Shown: positions 1 to 8,575 of the stretch, piece by piece
How the letters are laid out: each line of letters opens with the position of its first letter
Position numbering within the stretch: the stretch's first letter is position 1
From: a virus
Reading direction: 5' to 3' (one strand)
DNA length: 64,000 bases
IMG/VR virus record: IMGVR_UViG_3300042293_000555
Span: 21,046-85,045 of that record
Position numbers and translations under genes: made by a program
The notes under the pieces: generated by a model
Databases searched by the model: none
What the model was told of the DNA's origin: nothing
Seen by the model: only the letters and a program-made list of their open reading frames with translations

Positions 1-339
1 TTTGCAGATTCTATATCTGCACAACAACCAATAGCAGCATTTAGCTTATCAGAACTCATTGAGAGTAATGATGAAGTAAAATGCTATTCTCATTATTACA
101 ATACTAATCCTGAAATTGTACAACTTAATTTAGAGTTGTATCAGGCAAAGTATAAAAAGGAATTACAGAAAAAAGGTTACAAGATAACCAAAGATGATTT
201 TAACCTTATTCATATTCTTGTACCATTTACAAAGAATGGACATATTATGAGTTGGAAACAATTTATCAAATTTACTAACAAACACATAATAGGTGATAGT
301 CCTGAAAAGACTACATTTCACTATGATGTTTTAAATTAA
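1..339 (+). CDS. hypothetical protein, 5'-partial
   Basis: Frame 1 is open from base 1 to TAA at 337-339, so the listed 136 start is internal. Confidence 0.6.
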   Translation, partial: FADSISAQQPIAAFSLSELIESNDEVKCYSHYYNTNPEIVQLNLELYQAKYKKELQKKGYKITKDDFNLIHILVPFTKNGHIMSWKQFIKFTNKHIIGDSPEKTTFHYDVLN

Positions 340-345
340 ACTCAA

Positions 346-564
346 ATGAATAAGCAAGAAGCATTAGCAGAAACTATCAGAAGATTTACAAATCTTTATG
401 ATGGTTGTGTAAGACAAGGAAATTCAGTTATGGCTGTAATTTCTTATTATGAAAAACTACAAGCAAATAAACCTGTTCCTAAAGAAACAGGTTTAGGCAA
501 CATTGAAAATCGTTTCTTGGATTGTGCCATCCAAGATATTGAAGATGATATGTTTGATTACTAA
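346..564 (+). CDS. hypothetical early protein (72 aa)
   Basis: ATG after an A-rich leader, followed by a terminator hairpin. Confidence 0.65.
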   Translation: MNKQEALAETIRRFTNLYDGCVRQGNSVMAVISYYEKLQANKPVPKETGLGNIENRFLDCAIQDIEDDMFDY

Positions 565-570
565 CTAAAA

Positions 571-606
571 TAACTCAATCCTATTATGGATTGAGTTATT
601 TTTTTC
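571..606 (+). terminator. intrinsic terminator
   Basis: TAACTCAATCC-tattat-GGATTGAGTTA hairpin plus T-tract. Confidence 0.75.
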
Positions 607-826
607 TTTAGTCACTGAAACAGAACACATTACATTAATGATAGTATTACTATTATTTTTCTCTAAAAAGGTTAAAAAGTTTTCTCCCCTCACACTCCCC
701 TCTTTCAAAATACCTCATAAACCTCTGAAATTTTCAGGTTTCTTTAGTGAACTAAAGAAAGTTATTTCAACATTTATTCTGAAAATTAAGTTCCTTTCTT
801 TTTTAAATAGTTATATTTTTAAGAGT

Positions 827-846
827 TCCTTAACTAAACACCCCCC
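827..846 (+). repeat. 20-bp intergenic motif, copy 1 (TCCTTAACTAAACACCCCCC); candidate phage promoter
   Basis: Identical to 2861-2880; lies about 40 nt upstream of the ATG at 888. Confidence 0.6.
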
Positions 847-887
847 TTTATGTCGGATATTTACTTTAAACTTTAAACACACACATT

Positions 888-1655
888 ATGAAAACTCGTA
901 AAAGCTATAAAATCAACTTAGCAGTATTAGATTTTCTAACAGCAATGTCAGTAGTAGAATCAAGGTTAAGATTCTTAGACCTTGCTGAAGTTTTATCTGA
1001 AGAAGGTAACAGTACTGCAGATTTCATTTCAGCATATCTTTATGCTTTTCAATCAGGAGAACAACAACATACAATGTTTTTACAAGAACATTATGCAGCT
1101 ATTAAGAAATTTGCTGAAAGTTTTAACAGGTCATACTTTAATATTGAAGAATATGTACCTATTATAGTACCAAAGCTATTTGTATTTTGGGAAACTGATG
1201 CTATTAACAGAAGAGTTGATAAAAGGTATAATTATGTACCTACAATCTCTCTCACAAAATGGCATAAGGCTGAATACAAACTTTCTTTACTTGATGACAT
1301 CCATTATTTTGGTGTTATTGAGAAAGAATATTGGGAAAGAGTAAATGCAAGAGATATTGAGTTCAATGACAGACACGAAGGTGTACTGTCAATGCTACAA
1401 CTTACTTACTTACGTAATGTAAGGGGAAATAAGTACAAATTGGAAAGAGAATCCAATATTACACCTACATTACATCAAATGTGGAAAGGTGTATTGGAAA
1501 ATGTTTCTATGATTCCTTTGACAATTGATAGTTCTAAATTATCTTTGTATAACAATTTCCTTAGACAAGCTAAGGGATATGAAGATGCAGAGTATGATGT
1601 AATGAATTTTCATAATTGGAATACAGAGAAAGAACAACTTGAACAGGCAGTGTAA
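888..1655 (+). CDS. hypothetical early protein (255 aa)
   Basis: Long ORF bounded by the repeat motif and a terminator. Confidence 0.75.
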   Translation: MKTRKSYKINLAVLDFLTAMSVVESRLRFLDLAEVLSEEGNSTADFISAYLYAFQSGEQQHTMFLQEHYAAIKKFAESFNRSYFNIEEYVPIIVPKLFVFWETDAINRRVDKRYNYVPTISLTKWHKAEYKLSLLDDIHYFGVIEKEYWERVNARDIEFNDRHEGVLSMLQLTYLRNVRGNKYKLERESNITPTLHQMWKGVLENVSMIPLTIDSSKLSLYNNFLRQAKGYEDAEYDVMNFHNWNTEKEQLEQAV

Positions 1656-1660
1656 AATAT

Positions 1661-1696
1661 AGTGTTAGGAGCAATCCTAACACTTTTTATTTTTTA
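1661..1696 (+). terminator. intrinsic terminator
   Basis: AGTGTTAGGA-GCAA-TCCTAACACT plus T-tract. Confidence 0.8.
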
Positions 1697-1712
1697 ATTT
1701 AAATTCAAAGAA

Positions 1713-2009
1713 ATGAATGCAAGAAAAGAAATTGAAAGAGCATTTGGCTTAGGTGTAAAATGTGCAGCAATATCTATCTCGAATGAAGATTTGCAAATAG
1801 CAGCCAAACTTAAAATTGGTTATACTGAACAGGAAAAGCAAGAGTTTTTAAATACAATTGATGTTGAGTATGATGCAGGTTATGGTACTCAAGAATTATT
1901 TGGTAGAGTGTGGTTAAATGATGGAACTTGGTTTTCCCGTTGGGAATATGATGGAAGTGAAGGATGGCAACATCATTTTTGTCCTAAAATACCTATTGAA
2001 CTACAATGA
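1713..2009 (+). CDS. phage hypothetical protein
   Basis: YDAGYG..ELFG.VW..DGTW..R.EYDGSE.W pattern recalled from small phage proteins. Confidence 0.7.
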   Translation: MNARKEIERAFGLGVKCAAISISNEDLQIAAKLKIGYTEQEKQEFLNTIDVEYDAGYGTQELFGRVWLNDGTWFSRWEYDGSEGWQHHFCPKIPIELQ

Positions 2010-2302
2010 AAGTACTGTGTATAAATGATGATTTCAGTAAAGTCTTACAAACATTATTGGAAGAATCTAAAGGACTTAATCTGACATTTCCCAAGAAAGG
2101 TGAAGAATACACTATAAGGGAAGTGTTGGATAATAATGGATTAGTAGTTTCTTACCTATTGGTGGAAATTACTAATCCTACTTTTTTTATTCCTGTTTTA
2201 AACATTAGAAGAGAACTTTCATTTGCTGAATGGAGATTTTCTAAATTACATACTCAGGAATCTGTTGAAGAGTTTGTAGAAAATGCTATTTATTCACTTT
2301 AA
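2006..2302 (+). CDS. hypothetical protein
   Basis: ATGA overlap with the upstream ORF. Confidence 0.7.
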   Translation: MKVLCINDDFSKVLQTLLEESKGLNLTFPKKGEEYTIREVLDNNGLVVSYLLVEITNPTFFIPVLNIRRELSFAEWRFSKLHTQESVEEFVENAIYSL

Positions 2303-2313
2303 ATCCATATATT

Positions 2314-2598
2314 ATGAAAAATGTTAAGAGTAAAGAAAACAACATTGTAAGAGTACCGGATACTCTTGCTAAAGAATTAACTACATTAGCTGGAAAACAA
2401 TGGAGTTATACTTCAAGGGGTAAACTTCGTTCACTCAGAAACAAGGCTATTAAAAAGCATAACAACTTTTTATTTTTACAAGCCTGCATCAACAAAGGTA
2501 TAAAGGTAATTACAAGTTGGGAAAATAATCCTGATATGGTGATGCCAATGCCTTACTTGGGTAAAAGAAATTTATTTGGAATTAAACTTGAAGAATAA
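2314..2598 (+). CDS. hypothetical basic protein
   Basis: Closely spaced in the operon. Confidence 0.65.
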   Translation: MKNVKSKENNIVRVPDTLAKELTTLAGKQWSYTSRGKLRSLRNKAIKKHNNFLFLQACINKGIKVITSWENNPDMVMPMPYLGKRNLFGIKLEE

Positions 2599-2822
2599 TG
2601 AACACATATTATGTATTATCAGAAAATGTAACAAGAATGTTTAGTTTCTTGTTCTTTGAATGTGAAGCATCTATAATCAATGTTTCATTATTTGGAGTAA
2701 ATACAGAACTGAATCAAACTTATTATAAAATTGAATCTGATGATGAACACATTAAAGATTCTTATTGGTATAATAAGGTGATTTGGTCAAAAGAACCAAT
2801 AGTAGACCCAATACCATTTTAA
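2598..2822 (+). CDS. hypothetical protein
   Basis: TAATG coupling to the upstream ORF; followed by a terminator. Confidence 0.65.
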   Translation: MNTYYVLSENVTRMFSFLFFECEASIINVSLFGVNTELNQTYYKIESDDEHIKDSYWYNKVIWSKEPIVDPIPF

Positions 2823-2824
2823 CA

Positions 2825-2854
2825 TAGCAAGGGAGAAATCCCTTGTTATTTTTT
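2825..2854 (+). terminator. intrinsic terminator
   Basis: TAGCAAGGGA-GAAA-TCCCTTGTTA plus T-tract. Confidence 0.75.
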
Positions 2855-2860
2855 CTGTAA

Positions 2861-2890
2861 TCCTTAACTAAACACCCCCCCTTATTTTTG
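2861..2890 (+). promoter_or_regulatory. 20-bp motif copy 2 followed by Bacteroidota-type -7 element TATTTTTG
   Basis: Exact repeat of 827-846; TAnnTTTG at 2883-2890; upstream of the tRNA cluster. Confidence 0.5.
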
Positions 2891-3047
2891 CTATTATTAT
2901 TTTGCATTTCTTTGTGAATATTCAATAAAGCACTATATTTACAATATTACAGAAAAAGTTCTTACAAAAACAAATTTTAAACTTGCAGCGTTTAAAGGTT
3001 TGGTAAAATGTCAATTTGGATACCCTTATGAAAGTAAGGGTGTTTTT

Positions 3048-3127
3048 GATTCTGTAGCTTAATGGTAGAGTATCAAATACAGTGCACTTTAGTAGTTGAG
3101 ATATTGGTTCAAGTCCAATCAGAATCA
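3048..3127 (+). tRNA. tRNA-like RNA with expanded anticodon arm (identity undetermined)
   Basis: Acceptor GATTCTG/CAGAATC, D arm GCTT-AATGGTA-GAGT, T arm ATTGG-TTCAAGT-CCAAT; anticodon arm is 27 nt instead of 17. Confidence 0.6.
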
Positions 3128-3184
3128 CAGGGTTTTAGGTTAATGAATGTTGTTATCATTGAGAGGAGAAATCCTCTCTTTTTA

Positions 3185-3258
3185 GATTCTGTAGCTCAAC
3201 TGAATAGAGCAACTATTTTCTAAGTAGTAGGTTTTAGGTTTGAATCCTAACAGAATCA
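3185..3258 (+). tRNA. tRNA-Arg(UCU)
   Basis: Full cloverleaf: GATTCTG/CAGAATC, GCTC/GAGC, ACTAT-TT-TCT-AA-GTAGT, TTAGG-TTTGAAT-CCTAA. Confidence 0.9.
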
Positions 3259-3286
3259 CAATTTCCATCTGTGTGTATTTAGTTTT

Positions 3287-3314
3287 GGCCATTGTAGTAA
3301 TACAGTGGCTTTTT
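3287..3314 (+). terminator. intrinsic terminator after tRNA cluster
   Basis: GCCATTGTA-GTAA-TACAGTGGC plus T-tract. Confidence 0.65.
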
Positions 3315-3366
3315 GTATGTCAACAATTTATTAAACATATTTATTAAACAATTCAATCAAAAAATT

Positions 3367-3972
3367 ATGAGCAACGCAAGCAGAGAATCATCAGTAAAGG
3401 GAAAAGTTCTTTTCTCAAGACTTCACAAAGCAGCATATCAAAAAGAAGGCAGCTTGACATTGGAAGTCAAACAAATTATTACCAAAACATCTTATTATGC
3501 AGCAAAAAAATTTAATTCTGATCTTCAGGATGGACTTTTTGATGATTCTGCATTTGGTGCTGAAGAAAAAGAATACAAGAGTAATGAAACTCGTGTAGCT
3601 TGGATTCAAGTACCTGAAGGAAAAAATGAAGCAGAAATGAAGAGAATGCTTATTGCATTACCTAATTCCTGCATTTACAAAATTCTTTCTAATGCTCCAA
3701 TTCTTGATTCAAATCAGAAAACAGCTATTGATAATGGTCTGAAAGATTTGGAAGATTTTGCAAACTCTCAAGTAGCAAGATATCCAAAAGGTTCTGAGTT
3801 AGAAGGAGAAGTTATTCTTGATGATGCAGGTAAAGTGCAATATCGTAGAACTTTCTTCTCTAAGATTGCTAAAGAAGATATTGACCTTCGTGGAAACGGA
3901 GATGAATATGTAACTGATGCAATTTTAGAAGAATTACAAGGAGCAGGTATCTCTTACGAACAAACAATTTAA
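3367..3972 (+). CDS. hypothetical protein, possibly ssDNA-binding
   Basis: Likely start MSNASRE at 3367; acidic C-terminus; immediately before the DNA polymerase. Function is a guess. Confidence 0.55.
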   Translation: MSNASRESSVKGKVLFSRLHKAAYQKEGSLTLEVKQIITKTSYYAAKKFNSDLQDGLFDDSAFGAEEKEYKSNETRVAWIQVPEGKNEAEMKRMLIALPNSCIYKILSNAPILDSNQKTAIDNGLKDLEDFANSQVARYPKGSELEGEVILDDAGKVQYRRTFFSKIAKEDIDLRGNGDEYVTDAILEELQGAGISYEQTI

Positions 3973-3980
3973 CTAAAAAA

Positions 3981-4078
3981 CTTATCTCAAGTAAACTATT
4001 AAATGTAATATTCAAATGGAAATATCCAAATGAAGACTTACATTTATAGTTTGCTTGCTGATAGGTTTTCTTTTTTAT
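3981..4078 (+). other. long imperfect hairpin plus T-tract upstream of DNA polymerase
   Basis: About 35 bp interrupted stem (CTTATC..TAAACTA..TAAATGTAA / TTACATTTA..TAGTTTG..GATAGG). Confidence 0.6.
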
Positions 4079-4105
4079 TTAGTCAGCCATTAATTATTAC
4101 TCTAT

Positions 4106-6031
4106 ATGATAGACTATGTATATGACATTGAGTTATATTCAAATTTCTTTCTTTTATGTGCACAAAACACTAAGACTAAAGAGAGAATATCTTTTGAAAT
4201 ATCTCAGAGAAAAGTAGAAACTGTTAAGTTAGTGGATTGGTTATCTACTAACATCAGGTTATTTGGATTTAACTGCATAGCCTATGATGGTAAAATACTA
4301 CAAAAGTTATTAGAGCATACTTACTTAAAAGGTAAAGATTTAATAAAAGTACTGAAGAAGCATTCAGATAGACTGATATTAGATGAAACCTATGCTAAAT
4401 TTTCTCGTAAGTTTACACAAAAACCTAATGTAGACTTATTTTTACTACATCATTTTGATAATGATGCAAGAAGAACTTCTCTAAAAGATTTAGAGTTTGT
4501 ATTCAATATGCCTAATATTCAAGAGTTACCTTTTGATTATACTAAACCTGTTACTCTTGCACAAATGTCTATTCTTGTAGACTATTGTTGGAATGATATT
4601 GATGCTACTCAAATATTGTATGACAGATCTCAAGAAGCTTTATCATTAAGAGAAAGTTTATCTAATACTTATGGTGTAGATATGCTTTCTTGGAACTCAC
4701 CTAAAATAGGTGAACAAAGTTTTGCATTTAAGTTAGCAGAAAGAATTGGTCCTGCAAAATTACAGAAGAAAAGTCCTCGTAAATCTATAGCTATTGGTGA
4801 CATTATCTTCCCTTATATACAGTTTGAAACAGTAGGATTTCAAAAATTACTATCCTATTTGAAAAAAAAGGTAATCACTGATACTTACAAAGTTTTTAGT
4901 GAGTTACCATTTGAAGAACTAACAGAAATAGAAGGTCATTACAATGTATATAAAACTAAAGGTGTACAAAAGAATCTCAATATTGTACACGATGGATTTG
5001 AGTTTGTATTTGGTACAGGTGGAGTACATGGTTGTATTGATCCAGGAGTATATCTTGTAGATGATGAACACACTATTGATGATATTGATGTATCTTCTTA
5101 TTATCCTAACTTAGGTATCAAGAACAAATTATATCCTGAACATTTGGGTATAGAGTTTTGTGATGTTTATGGTGAGAGATATGAAGAACGTGGTATATAT
5201 CCTAAAGGTAGTGTTACAAATACTTCTATCAAGCTTGAACTCAATGGAGTATATGGTAAGAGTAATTCTAAATTCTCACCATTCTATGACCCCAAGTATA
5301 CTATGGCCATTACCATTAATGGACAGCTTTTACTTACAATGCTTGCTGAACAACTTATGAAAATTAGTCAGATACTTCAGATAAATACTGATGGTGTAAC
5401 TATTAGAGTTCATAAATCACAAAAGGAAAATGTAAATGCTATCATTGAATGGTGGCAAAAACTTACTCAGCTTACTTTGGAAAGTGCAAGTTATTCTAAG
5501 ATGGTTATCAAAGATGTATCTAATTACTTAGCTGTTTATACTAATAACAAGGTAAAGAGAAAGGGTGCTGCATTTAAAACTTTAACAGAACTTGAAATGC
5601 ATGAGAATTTATCTTGTGTAGTAGTTCAGGAAGCTATATCAGCATATTACATTTCCAATACACCACCAATACAATATCTTATGCAAGAGTTAGAGAATGG
5701 TTTATCTAAATTTTACTCAAAAGTAAAAATACAGAGAGATCACAAACTTGTAGCAAGGTATGAAGATGAAGATATACCACAACAAAGAGTTACAAGATAT
5801 CTTATTACAAATACAGGATGCTCTCTTATTAAAATTATGCCACCAATAAAGGTGAAAGAGAGAGAATCTGAAGTTGAAGCAGGTTGGAAGTGTACACCAT
5901 GTAATAATTTGACTACAATGAATTTAGAAGAATTAAAACAGAATCTAAACTTAGAATATTATCTCTTACAAATAAACAAAATCATAGATGGAATCTCTAA
6001 CGGCAGGAAAAAGAAAAAAGCTGCAAAGTGA
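4106..6031 (+). CDS. polB: family B DNA polymerase with 3'-5' exonuclease
   Basis: ExoI YDIE, motif A DVSSYYPN, motif B KLELNGVYGK, motif C NTDG. Confidence 0.93.
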   Translation: MIDYVYDIELYSNFFLLCAQNTKTKERISFEISQRKVETVKLVDWLSTNIRLFGFNCIAYDGKILQKLLEHTYLKGKDLIKVLKKHSDRLILDETYAKFSRKFTQKPNVDLFLLHHFDNDARRTSLKDLEFVFNMPNIQELPFDYTKPVTLAQMSILVDYCWNDIDATQILYDRSQEALSLRESLSNTYGVDMLSWNSPKIGEQSFAFKLAERIGPAKLQKKSPRKSIAIGDIIFPYIQFETVGFQKLLSYLKKKVITDTYKVFSELPFEELTEIEGHYNVYKTKGVQKNLNIVHDGFEFVFGTGGVHGCIDPGVYLVDDEHTIDDIDVSSYYPNLGIKNKLYPEHLGIEFCDVYGERYEERGIYPKGSVTNTSIKLELNGVYGKSNSKFSPFYDPKYTMAITINGQLLLTMLAEQLMKISQILQINTDGVTIRVHKSQKENVNAIIEWWQKLTQLTLESASYSKMVIKDVSNYLAVYTNNKVKRKGAAFKTLTELEMHENLSCVVVQEAISAYYISNTPPIQYLMQELENGLSKFYSKVKIQRDHKLVARYEDEDIPQQRVTRYLITNTGCSLIKIMPPIKVKERESEVEAGWKCTPCNNLTTMNLEELKQNLNLEYYLLQINKIIDGISNGRKKKKAAK

Positions 6032-7085
6032 TGCTACACTTGCAATCTTAGACAATTCCTTTACTGGAATTATTTGTATAGCACCAAGAGTAGGTAAAAG
6101 TAAGATTATATGTGATGCAATCAAACCTATGAAAACTAAAAAGTTTCTTATTACAGCACCATATAATACAATTTTAGAATCTTGGAAAAAAGAATTTGAA
6201 AAATGGAGAATGAATCCAAAAAATATTACACTTATTAATCAGAGAAGTTTAAGTAAAGAAGACTTATCTAAGTATGATGTAATAATATGTGATGAAGTAC
6301 ATACTCTTAGTGATGCACAAATGTTATTGTTAAAAGATTTTAAAGGAAGACTATTAGGTGCTTCAGGTTCTATTTCAAAAGAAACTGAAAAAACTTTAAA
6401 GTTAGAATTAGGTCTTCAGAAAATATTTGAATTTACTATAGAACAAGCTATAGAGATGGGCATTGTTGCTGATTATGAAATTATCTTAGTACCTGTTACA
6501 TTAGATGCTACTAACAAGTATATTGAAGCAGGCTCTAAAGATGCAAAGTTTCTTACTACAGAATATGCTAATTATCAGTATCATACAGCACAATTTGAGA
6601 AGTTTAAGAAAATGGCTTGGAACAATAAGAAATTTGAATTTGTAAAAATGGCAGAAGCTTCAAGAAGAGCTGAACTTATTTACAAGTCAAGAACTAAAAT
6701 TGAAAGAGTTAAAAAACTTATCAAAGACCAAGAGAGATGTCTTATATTTACTGCAAGAACAGAAGTTGCTGATGAGTTTGCTACAGGTTATCACTCTAAA
6801 GTAAATCCCAACATTCTTACTCAGTTTATGGATGGAGAACTCAATAAACTTGCTGTATGTGAGATGACTAATATGGGTGTAACTTTTCCTAATCTTAAGA
6901 CAGGTATATTTCATCAGATGAGAAGTGGAGAAGAATCTGCTATTCAAAAGGTAATGAGAATGTGTAATGTTGAAGAAGATGAAAAAGCTACTATTTATAT
7001 AGTGTATTATGCAAATACTGTAGATGAAGAATGGACTAAGAAAGCTCTTATTGGTTTAAATCCTGATAAAATTAAGATAATCTAA
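5988..7085 (+). CDS. superfamily 2 (DExH) helicase
   Basis: APRVGKS Walker A, DEVH, motif III ASGS, motif VI-like QKVMR. Confidence 0.85.
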   Translation: MESLTAGKRKKLQSDATLAILDNSFTGIICIAPRVGKSKIICDAIKPMKTKKFLITAPYNTILESWKKEFEKWRMNPKNITLINQRSLSKEDLSKYDVIICDEVHTLSDAQMLLLKDFKGRLLGASGSISKETEKTLKLELGLQKIFEFTIEQAIEMGIVADYEIILVPVTLDATNKYIEAGSKDAKFLTTEYANYQYHTAQFEKFKKMAWNNKKFEFVKMAEASRRAELIYKSRTKIERVKKLIKDQERCLIFTARTEVADEFATGYHSKVNPNILTQFMDGELNKLAVCEMTNMGVTFPNLKTGIFHQMRSGEESAIQKVMRMCNVEEDEKATIYIVYYANTVDEEWTKKALIGLNPDKIKII

Positions 7086-7136
7086 CTTAATGACAGATGA
7101 AAATCGTTGTATTAGGGCATAATTAAGTTAGTAAAT

Positions 7137-7254
7137 TTCGGTGTAATTCAAATGGTTAAGAATAGGTGGTGCGGGAAATGTATTGATACCCAATCTATCA
7201 GACACAACTAATACAAGTAAAGTGTAAATACAGGTTCGAGTCCTGTCACCGAAA
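7137..7254 (+). ncRNA. tRNA-like RNA with 65-nt insert replacing the anticodon and variable arms
   Basis: Acceptor TTCGGTG/CACCGAA, D arm ATTC-AAATGGTTAA-GAAT, canonical T arm ACAGG-TTCGAGT-CCTGT. Confidence 0.65.
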
Positions 7255-7256
7255 CT

Positions 7257-7427
7257 ATAAACAACTAATGATTAACACTAATAAATACACGAGTGCTTTT
7301 AGTCAGTTGTATCTCACAGTTCTCAAATGTTAGTGATTAGGTTAATGTATCTGTCGGCAGACATGGAGTGTATGGGTTTGGGCATACATAGATACCCTAT
7401 TGAGAAGGCATTAGTTGTTTATTTTTT
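7257..7427 (+). ncRNA. candidate structured ncRNA (~165 nt)
   Basis: Perfect 14-bp closing stem 7257-7270/7409-7422 with nested helices; ends in a T-tract. Confidence 0.55.
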
Positions 7428-7449
7428 AACATTTTAAAACAATAATATT

Positions 7450-7674
7450 ATGGAAAAGATACCAACAGCAGAAGAATTTATAAAAGAAGCTCAGTCTAAT
7501 CCAAGTAAAGGATGGACTGCACGTAAACTAATGATTGAATTTGCTAAACTTCATGTAGAAGCTGCATTAAAAGCTGCTGCTGAGAATGTACAAACAAATT
7601 ATTTCTATACTGAAGATGATCCTATAGATAAAGACTCAATCCTCAATTCTTATCCACCAAATTTAATCAAGTAA
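7450..7674 (+). CDS. hypothetical protein
   Basis: EFAKLHVEAALKAA pattern recalled from Bacteroidota phage small ORFs. Confidence 0.7.
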   Translation: MEKIPTAEEFIKEAQSNPSKGWTARKLMIEFAKLHVEAALKAAAENVQTNYFYTEDDPIDKDSILNSYPPNLIK

Positions 7675-7675
7675 T

Positions 7676-7909
7676 ATGAAATACTTATTTATCCTAATAT
7701 TATTAGTATTTACAAGCTGTGTAGATCAACAAGAGAGATTTAATAATCTCAAGAAAATGTATCCTAATTGTAAAGTAGAACCTTCTACAGGATTACTACA
7801 ACAAGGTGGATATGACTTTTTAGTTATTGATAGTAATGAGCAAATGATTGCTGTCAAATTTCGTGAGCTTAGTACTACAAAGATTTCTTCACTTAGAAAT
7901 GTAAGATAA
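7676..7909 (+). CDS. small lipoprotein
   Basis: MKYLFILILLVFTS-C signal peptide with lipobox-like Cys. Confidence 0.7.
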   Translation: MKYLFILILLVFTSCVDQQERFNNLKKMYPNCKVEPSTGLLQQGGYDFLVIDSNEQMIAVKFRELSTTKISSLRNVR

Positions 7910-8017
7910 TATGATGAAGGATATAAACGTGGTCAAATAGATTGTCAAAATGATTCATTACTTTGGAAAAAGATTATGAATAATGATGGTGAGATTATAT
8001 TTCAAAAGATTAAATAA
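7910..8017 (+). pseudogene. start-less 35-codon gene remnant in frame after the lipoprotein stop
   Basis: Reads YDEGYKRGQIDCQNDSLLWKKIMNNDGEIIFQKIK* directly after TAA. Confidence 0.35.
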
Positions 8018-8035
8018 CCCTTAAATACTGTAAAG

Positions 8036-8575
8036 ATGACAATTAACCAAGAGTTAGTTAAGTTTCTGCATAACTCAAATGTAGAGTGTGATTTAGCATT
8101 ATTATACTTACTGTCCTTATATCATGGACTTACTACTGATGACCTTATACCTGAAGCTACTGTTAGAGCAGTAAATACTATAGGGATTGTTGAGAGAGAT
8201 TACAAAACTAATACTCTCAATTGGCATATAGCATTATATGATGGACAAAGTACAGATGGTGTATGGGAATGGGTAAATGAGTTTAGAAAACTCTTTGCTT
8301 CTAAGAACAAAGAAAGAGAAGGTAACAAGAAAGCTTGTGTTCAGAGAATGAAAATGTTCTTTACTCAAAATCCTGACATTAGAAAACAGGATGTATTGGA
8401 AGCAACAATGATGTATCTTAGGTCAACAGATCCTAAATATGTCAAGATGGCAGAGAGATTTATCTTTGATGGACAAGGTAATTATAAAACTTCTCTACTT
8501 ACTGATTGGGTAGATAGATTAAGAGAAATCAGAATGAAACAAATTGTTGACCCAACTACTAAAATTATGAAGTAA
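8036..8575 (+). CDS. replication-associated protein (possible initiator or helicase loader)
   Basis: Translationally coupled to the DnaB gene; function inferred from position only. Confidence 0.55.
   Translation: MTINQELVKFLHNSNVECDLALLYLLSLYHGLTTDDLIPEATVRAVNTIGIVERDYKTNTLNWHIALYDGQSTDGVWEWVNEFRKLFASKNKEREGNKKACVQRMKMFFTQNPDIRKQDVLEATMMYLRSTDPKYVKMAERFIFDGQGNYKTSLLTDWVDRLREIRMKQIVDPTTKIMK

Noticed and set aside
638-901. 87-aa ORF
   Set aside because: Low-complexity F/K/L/S translation over palindromes and the repeat motif; more likely non-coding.
3073-3099. Ochre suppressor tRNA (CT-TTA-GT in the loop)
   Set aside because: No 5-bp stem frames that 7-nt loop, and TAA is the dominant stop codon.
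2922-3128. 68-aa minus-strand ORF
   Set aside because: Antisense to the tRNA-like gene and adjacent hairpins.
7137-7427. tmRNA
   Set aside because: No G3:U70 alanine acceptor, a true D stem is present, and no tag reading frame is evident.
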